A DNA stretch of 64,000 bases from contig JBGANF010000022.1 of the NCBI GenBank assembly GCA_044222475.1, positions 1 through 64,000 of the forward strand, given 5' to 3'. Shown piece by piece: positions 33,791 to 43,095 of this stretch (positions are counted from its first letter, which is position 1; each line of letters starts with the position of its first letter). The DNA comes from Polyangiaceae bacterium (lineage in GTDB: Bacteria > Myxococcota_A > Polyangia > Polyangiales > Polyangiaceae). The position numbers were made by a program, and so were the translations under genes. The notes below the pieces were generated by a model, which was not told where the DNA came from, did not search any database, and saw only the letters and a list, made by a program, of their open reading frames with translations.

Positions 33791-34291
33791 ATGCGCCGCG
33801 GCCTCGTCGTTCTGCTCTTCGTCATCGCGTGCGCGCCGCGTGAGGTGCCGATGGAGCGCGTCGTCCTTCCGACGCCTCCGCCGCTCGCCGTTCCGCCCGC
33901 CGGGTCGCGCTCGGTCACGACTCCGGTTCGCAACCAACCGAACCCGTTTCGAAACGACCAGTACTGGAGCGGGTCCTACGAGTGCGCGCAGGGCGAGACC
34001 GACCTCACGATCCACGTCGTCCGGGTCGACGGGACGCACGTCGAGGCCGAGTTCGAGTTCGACGTCCCCAACGGGCCGAGCGGCTCGTTTCGCACGGCAG
34101 GCAACTACGACCCGGCTCACGCCGAGATTCGACTCCACGCCGGCACCTGGATCTCGCAGCCGCCGAACTACGAGGTCGTCGATCTCCACGGCACGGTGAA
34201 CACCAGCGGTGACTCGATCGAGGGCAAGATCGACCACATGGGCTGCAGCGACTTCCGGGTGTCGCTGGAAGGCGACGAAGAGGACTACTAG
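33791..34291 (+). CDS. Hypothetical lipoprotein
   Basis: Lipobox VIAC; WSGSYECAQG beta-rich domain. Confidence 0.7.
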   Translation: MRRGLVVLLFVIACAPREVPMERVVLPTPPPLAVPPAGSRSVTTPVRNQPNPFRNDQYWSGSYECAQGETDLTIHVVRVDGTHVEAEFEFDVPNGPSGSFRTAGNYDPAHAEIRLHAGTWISQPPNYEVVDLHGTVNTSGDSIEGKIDHMGCSDFRVSLEGDEEDY

Positions 34292-34295
34292 CTCT

Positions 34296-35531
34296 TCAGC
34301 TCGCGGCGAGCGCCTCGACCAGGCGCGGCACGTCCCTCTCTGGGACACCGCACAGCGCGACTCGCACCGCGCCCTTCTGCGGCACGACGAAGACCCCGCG
34401 CTCGCGCATGGCCTTCGCCTTCGCCTGTCCGTCGTCGGTGAACACGGTGACGAAGAACCCGCCCTCGTAGCGGGGATAGCGAAGTCCCGCCTTCCCGGCG
34501 TGCAGGTTGAACGCGTCGACCCGGGAGGCCAGCAGCTTCTTCAGGCCCTCGCGCTCGGTGCGGCAGACGGCGGACAGCTCGGGATCGGTCAACAACCGCG
34601 TCACCGCGCGCATCGCGCCGCGGCTGCAGTTCGACCACGTGCCGCGGCACGAGTAGCTGAACGCGGCCTCGGTCATCTTCCGCTCTTTGGCGTCCGGCAC
34701 GCACGCCACGATCGCCCCCACGCGGAGCCCGTAGTGGGTGAACGACTTCGAACCGCTCCACGCGAAGAGGACGCCCACGTGATCGACGAGCTCTTCGACC
34801 CGAGCGAGGTGCTTTCGCGGGTCGCTCGCGGCGTACGCCGCGTACGCCACGTCGAGCAGGACCGTCACCGGAGCGCGCTCGCCGTGCTTCTTGATGCAGG
34901 CCGCGACCTCGGACCACTCGCCGCCGCTCATCGAGTAGCCGGTCGGGTTGTGACACGGATCGTTCAGGAACAGGAGCGCGCGACCTTGCGCGGCGAGGAG
35001 CTCGCCGAGCGAGCGATCGAGCGCGCCGACGTCGAGCCCTTTCACGCCGCCGTGCTCGTCTTTGACGAACATCTCGAACGTCTTCACCTTGCGATCGGCC
35101 TCGTCGGCGAGGGTCGCGTAGGGACCCCAGAAGAAGCTCGTCGTGAGGAGCGACTGACCCGGTTCGATGTAGTTTGCAATCGCGTGGCGCAGCGCGCCCG
35201 TGCCCCCGGGCGTCGCCGCAGCCGCCGCGGTCTCGCGGAGCTTGGGGTGCTGGTCGAACAGGTCCGTGACGACGGCCTTGAGGAAATCGGGGCTCCCCTC
35301 GATCGGCGCGTAGGCCGCCCACTCGGCCTCCGGCACTTCGCGCACGGCGCGGGCGGTGGACGGGAGAACGGCGAGCTTGCCTTCGTCGTCGAGGAGCGCC
35401 CCGACGGTCGCGTTGATGATCGACTCGCCGCGAGCTTTGCGCTCGTTCGCCTCCTTGTTGAGAGCGAAGATCGGATCGTCGGCGGGGCGCGTCTGGTGCG
35501 AAGGGATGAGGTGAATCATCTGCCGGGGCAT
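34296..35531 (-). CDS. PLP-dependent aminotransferase class I/II
   Basis: INATVG, TPGGTGAL, NDPCHNPTG, DVAY, SGSKSFTHYGLRVG. Confidence 0.9.
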   Translation of the reverse strand: MPRQMIHLIPSHQTRPADDPIFALNKEANERKARGESIINATVGALLDDEGKLAVLPSTARAVREVPEAEWAAYAPIEGSPDFLKAVVTDLFDQHPKLRETAAAAATPGGTGALRHAIANYIEPGQSLLTTSFFWGPYATLADEADRKVKTFEMFVKDEHGGVKGLDVGALDRSLGELLAAQGRALLFLNDPCHNPTGYSMSGGEWSEVAACIKKHGERAPVTVLLDVAYAAYAASDPRKHLARVEELVDHVGVLFAWSGSKSFTHYGLRVGAIVACVPDAKERKMTEAAFSYSCRGTWSNCSRGAMRAVTRLLTDPELSAVCRTEREGLKKLLASRVDAFNLHAGKAGLRYPRYEGGFFVTVFTDDGQAKAKAMRERGVFVVPQKGAVRVALCGVPERDVPRLVEALAAS

Positions 35532-35707
35532 TATCCCGATCTCGACCAAGAAATCGAGCCACGCTTGGGTGACTGAGTGCCGGACGCGGCGCGGCACTTC
35601 TGTCAGAATGTCAGGGATGGCTCCGGCGCCGTGCGTCGGATGTCAGGTTGGCGCGCCGCCTCCGCCGGCGAATCCCATTTTCCCCACGTCTTCCCTGGTT
35701 GCCCCAC

Positions 35708-35723
35708 TGGCACGAGCCATGCT
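35708..35723 (+). promoter_or_regulatory. Candidate sigma54 promoter TGGCACGAGCCATGCT
   Basis: GG-N10-GC spacing; one mismatch to TGGCACG-N4-TTGCW; just upstream of the MYXO-CTERM-type gene. Confidence 0.5.
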
Positions 35724-35737
35724 TTAGGAGTTCACGG

Positions 35738-36919
35738 ATGCGATCCATGCGATCTCTCGTCTCCGTTCTCGGGGCGTCCGCGTCCATGCTGGTCGCGGCG
35801 TCGGCGTTTGCTCAAACGGCGACCATCTCCACCAGCGGCATCCAACGCAAGACGAGCACGGGGACGGTCGTGAACCCGCGCTTCGTGATCGACGGCAAGA
35901 CCCCGGGCCTCAGTCGGCAGGACTGCCTGGACGATCTCGTCTACGACATTCCCCTCGTCATGACCGGCCTGCCGACGTCGTACACGCTGCAAGCGTGGGC
36001 GGGCTCGGACTGCGCGACGCTGACCGCGCGCACCGGCGCCAACCCGACGTGCTGGCCCTTGCTCGGCTCGGGGATCGGGGTCGGCGCGTCGGTGAACGTC
36101 AAGATCCGCATGCAGGACATCGTCGCCCAGATGAACACCGGCGGCTCTCCGCGAGTCACCAGCTACACGCCGGCGACGTCGTCGGTCTGCACGTCGCAGA
36201 CGGCGCTCGGATCGGGCGCGACGGCGCTCGGAGTCTCGTTCCTGTGGATCGACGGCGGCTCGGGCAACTCGATGGGCACCGGCGCCACCTACACGATCTC
36301 GGTGAAGCTCTTCGGCCCCGACGCACCGACGAACCTGGCGGCGGGAGCGGGTGGCGGTCTCCTCAAGCTCACGTGGACCGCACCGTCGAACCAGAAGGAT
36401 CTCCTCGGCTACCGCATCTACACCCAAGCCGGCGGTGGTGACGGCGGCGCGACGACCGACGCGACGACCACCACGTGCACCGAAGGTGGCGTCATCGAGG
36501 GTGGCCTCGACGACTCGGGCGACGCGACGACGATCACCGTCGACGCGAGCTGCACCACGACGCCGGTCACCAACACGTGCGGCGGCACGATCGACACGAC
36601 GAAGGTCACCCCGACCGAGGTCGGCGGTACGGTCGGAGGCGGAACCGTCAGCGGACTCGTCGACGGTCAGAGCTACACGGTCGCAGTCGCCGGATACGAC
36701 TCGTACGGCAACTCCGGCACGCTCTCGAACTCGATCTGCGCGACCCCGCAGGACACGATCGACTTCTGGGACAACTACCGAAACTCGGGCGGCACCGCCG
36801 GCGGCGGCTACTGCGCATCCGGTCCGACGGGTACCGGGGGCGATGCACCGTGGGCCTTCTTCGCGATCGGCGGCTTCTTGTGCGCCGCGATCGTACGTCG
36901 CTTCCGGAGTCAGGGATGA
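35738..36919 (+). CDS. Secreted fibronectin-III protein with MYXO-CTERM-like anchor (MXAN_2561-like)
   Basis: Signal peptide, FN3-like PDAPTNL...LTW...YTVAVAGYD, DFWDNYR, GGYC + TM + RR tail. Confidence 0.7.
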   Translation: MRSMRSLVSVLGASASMLVAASAFAQTATISTSGIQRKTSTGTVVNPRFVIDGKTPGLSRQDCLDDLVYDIPLVMTGLPTSYTLQAWAGSDCATLTARTGANPTCWPLLGSGIGVGASVNVKIRMQDIVAQMNTGGSPRVTSYTPATSSVCTSQTALGSGATALGVSFLWIDGGSGNSMGTGATYTISVKLFGPDAPTNLAAGAGGGLLKLTWTAPSNQKDLLGYRIYTQAGGGDGGATTDATTTTCTEGGVIEGGLDDSGDATTITVDASCTTTPVTNTCGGTIDTTKVTPTEVGGTVGGGTVSGLVDGQSYTVAVAGYDSYGNSGTLSNSICATPQDTIDFWDNYRNSGGTAGGGYCASGPTGTGGDAPWAFFAIGGFLCAAIVRRFRSQG

Positions 36920-37659
36920 AGATCGCCACGTGCGCTGCTCTCGCCTTTGGGGCGGCGCTGACCTTCTCGCCCCCGGCGCTCGCGGAGGGCTTGTACGTCG
37001 AGAAGCAACCCAAGGAGTCGCCGCAGCACTTCGAGGTGGAGATCCGCTTCTCTCCGTACACGCCGCAGATCGACTCGGCGCCCGGCATCACCGGAACGCC
37101 GTACGAGAAGAGCTTCGGCACGTCGCCGCGTCTGCTGTTCGGCCTCGAGCTCGACTGGCAAGCGCTACGCATCCCTCACTTCGGCACGATTGGTCCTGCG
37201 CTCTCCTTCGGATACACGTCGGCGAGCGGCAACGCCGTCTACGCGTCGAACGGGGCGGCGTCTGCCGAGTCGACGAGCCTCGAGGTGTTTCCGTTCTATG
37301 GCGTCGCGGTGCTTCGCGTCGACGTCTTCGAGCGCGAGTTCAAGGTACCGCTGGTGCCGTACGCAAAGGGCGGCGTAGGGGTCGCGCTGTGGCGCGCCTC
37401 GAACGACACCGGAACGTCCACCTCCGGCGGCGTCGAGGGCAAAGGTTCGACGTGGGGGACCCATTTCGCGCTGGGCCTCGGGCTCTCGCTGAACTGGATC
37501 GATCGCCGGTCGTCGGCCGGACTCGATCGCGCGATCGGGATCAACGACACGCTGCTCTTCTTCGAGTGGATGTGGATGAACCTCGACGGCTTCGGATCGA
37601 CCGACAAGCTGCGCGTCGGCGCGAGCACGTTCTCGGCCGGGCTCGCGTTCGCGTTCTGA
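36916..37659 (+). CDS. Outer-membrane beta-barrel protein (MXAN_2562-like)
   Basis: ESPQ.FEVEIRFSPYTP, VPYAKGG, GIN, terminal LAFAF; ATGA overlap with the upstream gene. Confidence 0.7.
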   Translation: MKIATCAALAFGAALTFSPPALAEGLYVEKQPKESPQHFEVEIRFSPYTPQIDSAPGITGTPYEKSFGTSPRLLFGLELDWQALRIPHFGTIGPALSFGYTSASGNAVYASNGAASAESTSLEVFPFYGVAVLRVDVFEREFKVPLVPYAKGGVGVALWRASNDTGTSTSGGVEGKGSTWGTHFALGLGLSLNWIDRRSSAGLDRAIGINDTLLFFEWMWMNLDGFGSTDKLRVGASTFSAGLAFAF

Positions 37660-37711
37660 GCTCTCGCGGGCGAGAGGGAACGTCGCGACGGGCTCCGCGT
37701 ATGACGTCGAG

Positions 37712-38332
37712 ATGAGGGGTCGCTGGGCTTGGGGGGTCTTGGTCGTGGCCTTGGGAGGGTCGGCGTGCGCGAGCGCGTCCTCATCGTCTCCCGCGCCGAC
37801 CGCCGTGTCGCAAGACGCATTCCGCCGGTGGCGCGTCCTCGGCGAGAGCATCTGCTCCGAGACCCACGACGCCGTCTCCTACGACGACGAAACGGTCGAG
37901 GTGAGCCTGCCCCGGGAGGCGTTCTTCGACGCTGGGAGCAAGGCGCTCCTCCCAGCCAGCGACGCTGCGGTTGCGCTCGTGGCACAAGCTCTCGCTGACC
38001 TCGGCGAGCCGCGCGTGCTCGTTCGATCGAACCTGGAAGACGCCGTCGCGGATCGCGGCACGAAGGAGGAGCGTCTCGTCTTCTCGCGACGTCGCGCCGA
38101 TGCCATCGCCGACGCGCTCGTGGCGCACGGAGTGCCTCGCGAGCGGATCGTCCGGGTCGGGACGAGCGAAGGGTGGGAAGGTAGCTTCGACGGCCCTGCG
38201 CAGCTCGATCCTGCCGAGGGCCGAATCGATTTCGTCGTCCTCGGTCCGGGCGACGCTCCACTTCGCTGCGCGGGCTGCGCGCGCGGCGCGAGCAACGGAT
38301 CGCCGGGGCCCCCGAGTCTCGACTCTCGCTGA
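37712..38332 (+). CDS. OmpA/MotB C-terminal-like lipoprotein
   Basis: FFDAGSKAL, SRRRADAIADALVAHGVPRERI. Confidence 0.6.
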   Translation: MRGRWAWGVLVVALGGSACASASSSSPAPTAVSQDAFRRWRVLGESICSETHDAVSYDDETVEVSLPREAFFDAGSKALLPASDAAVALVAQALADLGEPRVLVRSNLEDAVADRGTKEERLVFSRRRADAIADALVAHGVPRERIVRVGTSEGWEGSFDGPAQLDPAEGRIDFVVLGPGDAPLRCAGCARGASNGSPGPPSLDSR

Positions 38333-38355
38333 GGGACCGTGCGACGGGCAAGCCC

Positions 38356-39075
38356 TCACATCGGCGGCGCGCGTCCGTCGGCGAGCGCAGTCGCGACGTC
38401 GCGCAGCCACGCGCCGTCGTCGCGCGTCTGGTCTCCGACCAGCAGTCCGCCGCCGAAGCGAGTCGCCGTCGGCGGCGCGGACACGTGGTGGTGGATCTTG
38501 GCGACGTGGCTGCGCTCGGGGACGAGGATCGCTTCGCCCGAGTAGTCGAGATCGATCGCCGGTTCGTTGCCCCCCGTGTAGGTGCCCGTCTGGTGCATCG
38601 CGGTGCGCAAGAGAACGACGATGCCGGCCTCTCCCGGGCTGCGAGCGAACGGGCCGGCGCTCGCGCCGGTGAATCCCTCGGGCAAGAAGACGCGCTTGCG
38701 CGCCATGCGCGGCCCGGAGCCGAGCACTCGCGCCATCGAGGGGTCCAGATCGAGGCTCTGTTCGACGAAGACGACCTTGCGCCCTTTCGCGAGCGCCAGA
38801 TCGCCGGCGGGGAGCGTCTGCGGATCGATCGCGGCGTACTCGTCGGCGATGGGCTGGAGCGGTCGCGCCGCGAGCTCGGCCTCGGTCGGCGGCGGTGGGG
38901 TCGCGCTCGCCGCGGTGTCGACCTCGGCGGGTTGATTCATGCGGTACTGGATGACGAGGGTCGCGATGACCGCGACCGGGATCGCCATCGAGAGCACGAG
39001 CACCGGTGACAGACGGAAGCTCGTCTTCTTCAACCGCGCTTGGTACGCGGCGATGTCGTCGTCTTCCTTCGTCAT
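38356..39075 (-). CDS. Single-TM hypothetical protein
   Basis: ATG 39075 overlaps the GNAT stop; TM segment followed by a Pro-rich linker. Confidence 0.55.
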   Translation of the reverse strand: MTKEDDDIAAYQARLKKTSFRLSPVLVLSMAIPVAVIATLVIQYRMNQPAEVDTAASATPPPPTEAELAARPLQPIADEYAAIDPQTLPAGDLALAKGRKVVFVEQSLDLDPSMARVLGSGPRMARKRVFLPEGFTGASAGPFARSPGEAGIVVLLRTAMHQTGTYTGGNEPAIDLDYSGEAILVPERSHVAKIHHHVSAPPTATRFGGGLLVGDQTRDDGAWLRDVATALADGRAPPM

Positions 39076-39683
39076 GATCTCGACTCTAGCGAAACGGGAG
39101 GTCGCGTCATCACCCACGCCGGGGGCGCCTCGCCGATCACGATCTCTTCGGTCACCTCGAAGCCGAATTTTCGATAGAGCGACAGGTTCTTCGGGTTCGT
39201 CGTCTCGAGGTGTGCCGGCGCGCTCGCGGCATCGGCCTGCGCCGTCACGTGCCTCAAGAGCGCGCCTCCGTAGCCTCGGCCAGCGAACGAGGGGTCGACG
39301 CCGAGGACGTAGATGTACCAATGGGGTACCGGCGGATGGCGTGCGAGGACGGCACGGTCGACGGCGACGCCCTCACGCAGCGACCGCCACGTCGGGAGCG
39401 ACGGCGGAAGCGCGAACCCCGCGCGGACGAAGCTCCAGCCCCCGAGCGGCCACTTCCCCGGATCGACGCACGTCGCGGTACCGGCGAGCGAGTCGCCGTC
39501 GTCCACCGCGAAGACCACGCCATCGTGGACGCCTTGGCGCAGCGTGACCCCCATCATCCACTTCAACCAGCCGGCGCGCTTCGACGCGTCGGGGTAGAGG
39601 AACTGGAACATCGGATCCGCGTCGAACGCGCGCGCGAGCAGCGCGGCAGCGGCGGGTATCTCCGATGAGCCGAGGTTGCGCAT
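39072..39683 (-). CDS. GNAT family N-acetyltransferase
   Basis: AFDADP, HWYIYVLGVDP..GRGYGGALL, LETTNPKNLSLYRKFGF. Confidence 0.88.
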   Translation of the reverse strand: MRNLGSSEIPAAAALLARAFDADPMFQFLYPDASKRAGWLKWMMGVTLRQGVHDGVVFAVDDGDSLAGTATCVDPGKWPLGGWSFVRAGFALPPSLPTWRSLREGVAVDRAVLARHPPVPHWYIYVLGVDPSFAGRGYGGALLRHVTAQADAASAPAHLETTNPKNLSLYRKFGFEVTEEIVIGEAPPAWVMTRPPVSLESRS

Positions 39684-39909
39684 GTCGCAGCGCATGATGT
39701 CACGACGGAAAGCGGCGCGATCACGGGCGTTTCGTCTCTGGAGGAGCTCGAGAAACGCCTGGCGGCACCCGGCAGTGGCTCGGGCGGGGTAGACCGGGTG
39801 CCTATTTTGGGAGGCGCGATTCGCGCCGCTTTCCGTCGTTCGATGGGGAAACTGCGAATCCGGGAGGTTCATTCCCGAAAAAGTGGAGGGCGATCTACGG
39901 TGGGTGTCC

Positions 39910-40785
39910 ATGGCGGGCCCCGCGCGCATCCACCTCGTCGACGGTACGTTCGAGCTCTACCGCGCGCACTTCGCGCCGCGGCCCGATCGACCGAACAAGG
40001 CGACGGTCGGCCTCGCCGGCGCGATGGTCAGCCTCCTCGGCGACTCGTCCGAGAAGGTGACCCACCTCGCGATCGCGTTCGACAACCCGATCCGCTCGTT
40101 CCGCAACGACCTGTTCGACGGTTACAAAAGCGACGAGGGCGTCCCTCCCGACCTGCGGGCCCAGTTCGATTTGGCCGAGGAGGCGGCGCACGCCCTCGGG
40201 ATCACCGTCTGGTCGATGAAGGAGTTCGAGACCGACGACGCCCTCGCGACCGCCGCGAAGCGCTTTGGCCCCGAAGTGGGACAGGTTCGCATCCTCAGCC
40301 CGGACAAGGATTTCGGCCAGTGCGTCACCGAGGACAAGGTCGTCCTCGTGGACCGCATTCGAAACCGCGTCGTCGACGAGGAGGCGCTACGCGAAGCCCG
40401 CGGCGTGGGGCCGGAGTCGATCGCCGATCTCCTCGCCCTCACCGGGGACGACGCCGATGGGATCCCCGGCCTCGTCGGGTTCGGCGCGAAGACGGCGGCG
40501 GTGCTCCTCGGTAAGTTCGTCCACGTCGAGGCCATCCCCGACGATGCTGCGGCGTGGCCCAAGGGCGTTCGCGGGGCCGACCGTCTCGCCGAGACGCTCC
40601 GCTCGAGCCGCAAAGAGGTGGCGCTCTACAAGAAGCTCGCGACGCTCCGCACGGACGTACCGCTGAAGGAGTCGCTCGACGATCTCCGCTGGCGTGGCGC
40701 GCCGATGGATCGCCTCGAAGCGTTCGCGAAGAAGGTCGATGCGTCGGCGCTGGTGCCCCGGGTGGCGAAGCTCACCTCCCGCTGA
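39910..40785 (+). CDS. Stand-alone 5'-3' exonuclease/flap endonuclease (Pol I 5' domain-like)
   Basis: LVDG, FRNDLFDGYK, ETDD, SPDKD, LTGDDADGIPG..GFGAKTA. Confidence 0.9.
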   Translation: MAGPARIHLVDGTFELYRAHFAPRPDRPNKATVGLAGAMVSLLGDSSEKVTHLAIAFDNPIRSFRNDLFDGYKSDEGVPPDLRAQFDLAEEAAHALGITVWSMKEFETDDALATAAKRFGPEVGQVRILSPDKDFGQCVTEDKVVLVDRIRNRVVDEEALREARGVGPESIADLLALTGDDADGIPGLVGFGAKTAAVLLGKFVHVEAIPDDAAAWPKGVRGADRLAETLRSSRKEVALYKKLATLRTDVPLKESLDDLRWRGAPMDRLEAFAKKVDASALVPRVAKLTSR

Positions 40786-40792
40786 GCCCGCG

Positions 40793-41059
40793 TCAAGGGA
40801 ACATCGCCTGGGGCATCAGCGACTGGATGAACGCGACCGCGAGCTCCTTCGCCTGCTTCGCCGTCGCTCCCGCGATGCGGGTGTCGATCGGTCGGTGGAG
40901 CGACATCTGGACGCGACACGTGTAGTCGCCCGACGCCTCGCGCACTGGAGGGTGCACGATGGCGGAGAACGGGTGCTTCTTTCCCGCGAGCGTCGTCGTG
41001 CCGACGATGCGCGCGACCGGGATCGGCGTCTTCTTCTTCGTCTTCTTCTTGGCGGCCAC
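40793..41059 (-). CDS. Small basic hypothetical protein
   Basis: Lys-rich N-terminus; fills the gap after the FGE-domain gene. Confidence 0.45.
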   Translation of the reverse strand: MAAKKKTKKKTPIPVARIVGTTTLAGKKHPFSAIVHPPVREASGDYTCRVQMSLHRPIDTRIAGATAKQAKELAVAFIQSLMPQAMFP

Positions 41060-41078
41060 GAGGCCAACGTAGCACGGC

Positions 41079-41924
41079 CTAGCCGCCCGCATCCTTGCAG
41101 CAACGCACGCCGACCTGCTTGCCGCGGTAGATCTCGCCGTGCCCGAGGGTTCGGGCGCGGCACGTGTTCTTGCCTGGCAGCCACCACGCGCCCTTCATCG
41201 AGGACCGGTCCGGCGGCTTGCCGTCGTCCAGGGTCGCCCACTCCTCGATGTTGCCGCTCATCCCGTGGACGCCGAACGGGCTCACGCATCGCGGCCGCGC
41301 CGTGATCGGCTCGCGAAGGTCCTTGAGACCGCCGTTCGGTCGTCCCAAATCGGTACGATCGATGTTGCACGCCGTCGCGTCGCGAGTGAACCCGTACGGG
41401 TAAGGGCGCATCTCCTCGCCCTCGCACGCGAACTGCCACTCGCTCTCGAGGCAGAGCCGCTTGCCGAGCTTCTCGCAGACCTCGCCGGCGCTCGTCCACG
41501 ACTGGTTCGCGAGCGGCAACGTCTCGCCCGGCGCGGCGTACTCCTCGCGATCGATGCAGAATCGCTTGCGCTCTTTCGCGCCAGGCGCCGAGCCGCAGCG
41601 TGACGGCTTCACGTACTCGGCGCAGCGGTAGTCCTGATAGGGGCCCGGCGGGTCCAGCCAGCGCTTGCAGATCTGGACGGGCGACGGGCAGTACTCGCCC
41701 TCGGCGAGGACCATGTCGTCGGGACATGCGCTCGCGAGCGGTGCAGCTGCGTCGACTTCGGCCGGCGTTGCGTCATCGATGCGCGCCGGCTCGGTAGGTG
41801 GCGGGTCCGTCTCCGCGCCTCCGTCCCGAATCTCGGGAGTCTGCGGCGCGCTTGCGCCGCTCGTCGTACATGCCGAGAGCCCTACGAGGGCGAGTCCGAG
41901 GCCCCAAACTGCTGGCCTTTTCAT
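41079..41924 (-). CDS. FGE-sulfatase/SUMF1-fold lipoprotein (paralog 1)
   Basis: Lipobox LSAC; CPDDMV, RLCLESEWQFAC, YPYG, MSGNIEEW, GVRCC. Confidence 0.85.
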   Translation of the reverse strand: MKRPAVWGLGLALVGLSACTTSGASAPQTPEIRDGGAETDPPPTEPARIDDATPAEVDAAAPLASACPDDMVLAEGEYCPSPVQICKRWLDPPGPYQDYRCAEYVKPSRCGSAPGAKERKRFCIDREEYAAPGETLPLANQSWTSAGEVCEKLGKRLCLESEWQFACEGEEMRPYPYGFTRDATACNIDRTDLGRPNGGLKDLREPITARPRCVSPFGVHGMSGNIEEWATLDDGKPPDRSSMKGAWWLPGKNTCRARTLGHGEIYRGKQVGVRCCKDAGG

Positions 41925-42019
41925 CCACAAATTGTGGGGCTTCGCGGTGCCCCTCGCCACTTTTCGGCCGACGTTTCTGCTTCCGCTCGGGCGCGAACCG
42001 GTCTATGCACGCCGGCTTC

Positions 42020-42862
42020 ATGGTGAGCAGTCGAGGCACCTGGGTCGCCGTCACGGCGTGTTTGTTCAGTGCTTGCTCCGCGTCCAGCGAGCGAGACACG
42101 AGCGTCGCGCACACCGAGCTCAACGCGGCGACCCTCGTATCGCAGCCGAAAACGGCCGAGCCGGTGAGCACGGAGCTCGCCCCGCCGATCGCCGTGGCGG
42201 CGCCCCCGCCCGCCGATCCGCCGTGCCCCGACGGCATGGTGCTCGTCGACGGCGAGTACTGCCCCAACGTCGAGCAGCGCTGCCTCGAGTGGATGGACCC
42301 GCCGGGCCCGTACCAGTTCTTCCGCTGCAAACGCTACGCGCAGCCCGCCAAGTGCAACGGTCCCCGCGTGCACGAGCGCTTCTGCATCGACAAGACCGAG
42401 CGCACCGAGCCCGGCTCCGACGTCCCGATGAACAAGAAGTCGTGGACCCAGGCGAAGGGCGTCTGCGAGGCGTCGGGCGCGCGCCTCTGCATGACGAGCG
42501 AGTGGAACTTCGCGTGCGAAGGCGAAGAGATGCGGCCGTACCCCTACGGTTGGGAGCGCGACTCGACGGCGTGCAACGTCGACATCGCGACCGGGCTCGG
42601 CCACGTGGGGCGCCTCGTGGATCACCGCGCGCGCGCGTCGGATCACCCGCGCTGCGTGAGCCCGTTCGGCGTGCACGACATGGCGGGCAACGTCGACGAG
42701 TGGGCCACCGTCGATCGCGCGCCGCCGGGGACGCGCGAGGTCATGAAGGGCAGCTGGTGGATGCCGGGTCGCCACGCGTGTCGCAGCTTCCAAGGCGGTC
42801 ACGGCGCGAGCTACGGCGGAACCGAGAGCGGCGTGCGCTGCTGCAAAGACGCGGCGCCCTAG
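42020..42862 (+). CDS. FGE-sulfatase/SUMF1-fold lipoprotein (paralog 2)
   Basis: Lipobox FSAC; CPDGMV, EWNFAC, YPYG, MAGNVDEW, GVRCC. Confidence 0.85.
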   Translation: MVSSRGTWVAVTACLFSACSASSERDTSVAHTELNAATLVSQPKTAEPVSTELAPPIAVAAPPPADPPCPDGMVLVDGEYCPNVEQRCLEWMDPPGPYQFFRCKRYAQPAKCNGPRVHERFCIDKTERTEPGSDVPMNKKSWTQAKGVCEASGARLCMTSEWNFACEGEEMRPYPYGWERDSTACNVDIATGLGHVGRLVDHRARASDHPRCVSPFGVHDMAGNVDEWATVDRAPPGTREVMKGSWWMPGRHACRSFQGGHGASYGGTESGVRCCKDAAP

Positions 42863-42914
42863 CCGCTCCATCCGCGATCACGCCCGCAGCGCGCGCATGG
42901 CTCGATCGGAGGTT

Positions 42915-43035
42915 TGAACAGGAAGGGCGGAAGCGCGGAAGGTTTAGGGGGTATTCCGCCAACGCTGGCGTCGTCGCGATGCGTTCGCAGTCGCACTCCC
43001 CCCAAATCCTTCCGTCCTTCCGTCCTTCCTGTTCA
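42915..43035. repeat. Intergenic inverted repeat (REPIN/MITE-like)
   Basis: tgaacaggaagggcggaagcgcggaaggtttaggggg ... ccccccaaatccttccgtccttccgtccttcctgttca; arms built of 8-nt tandem units. Confidence 0.75.
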
Positions 43036-43095
43036 TTCCCTCTGGGAGGATGCACTGACGATCTCAGGTCGATCGGAACGCGCTACGATGAACGC

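Noticed and set aside
41079..42862. Diversity-generating retroelement targeting the FGE/CLec-fold genes
   Set aside because: No reverse transcriptase and no template/variable repeat pair differing at adenines in the window.
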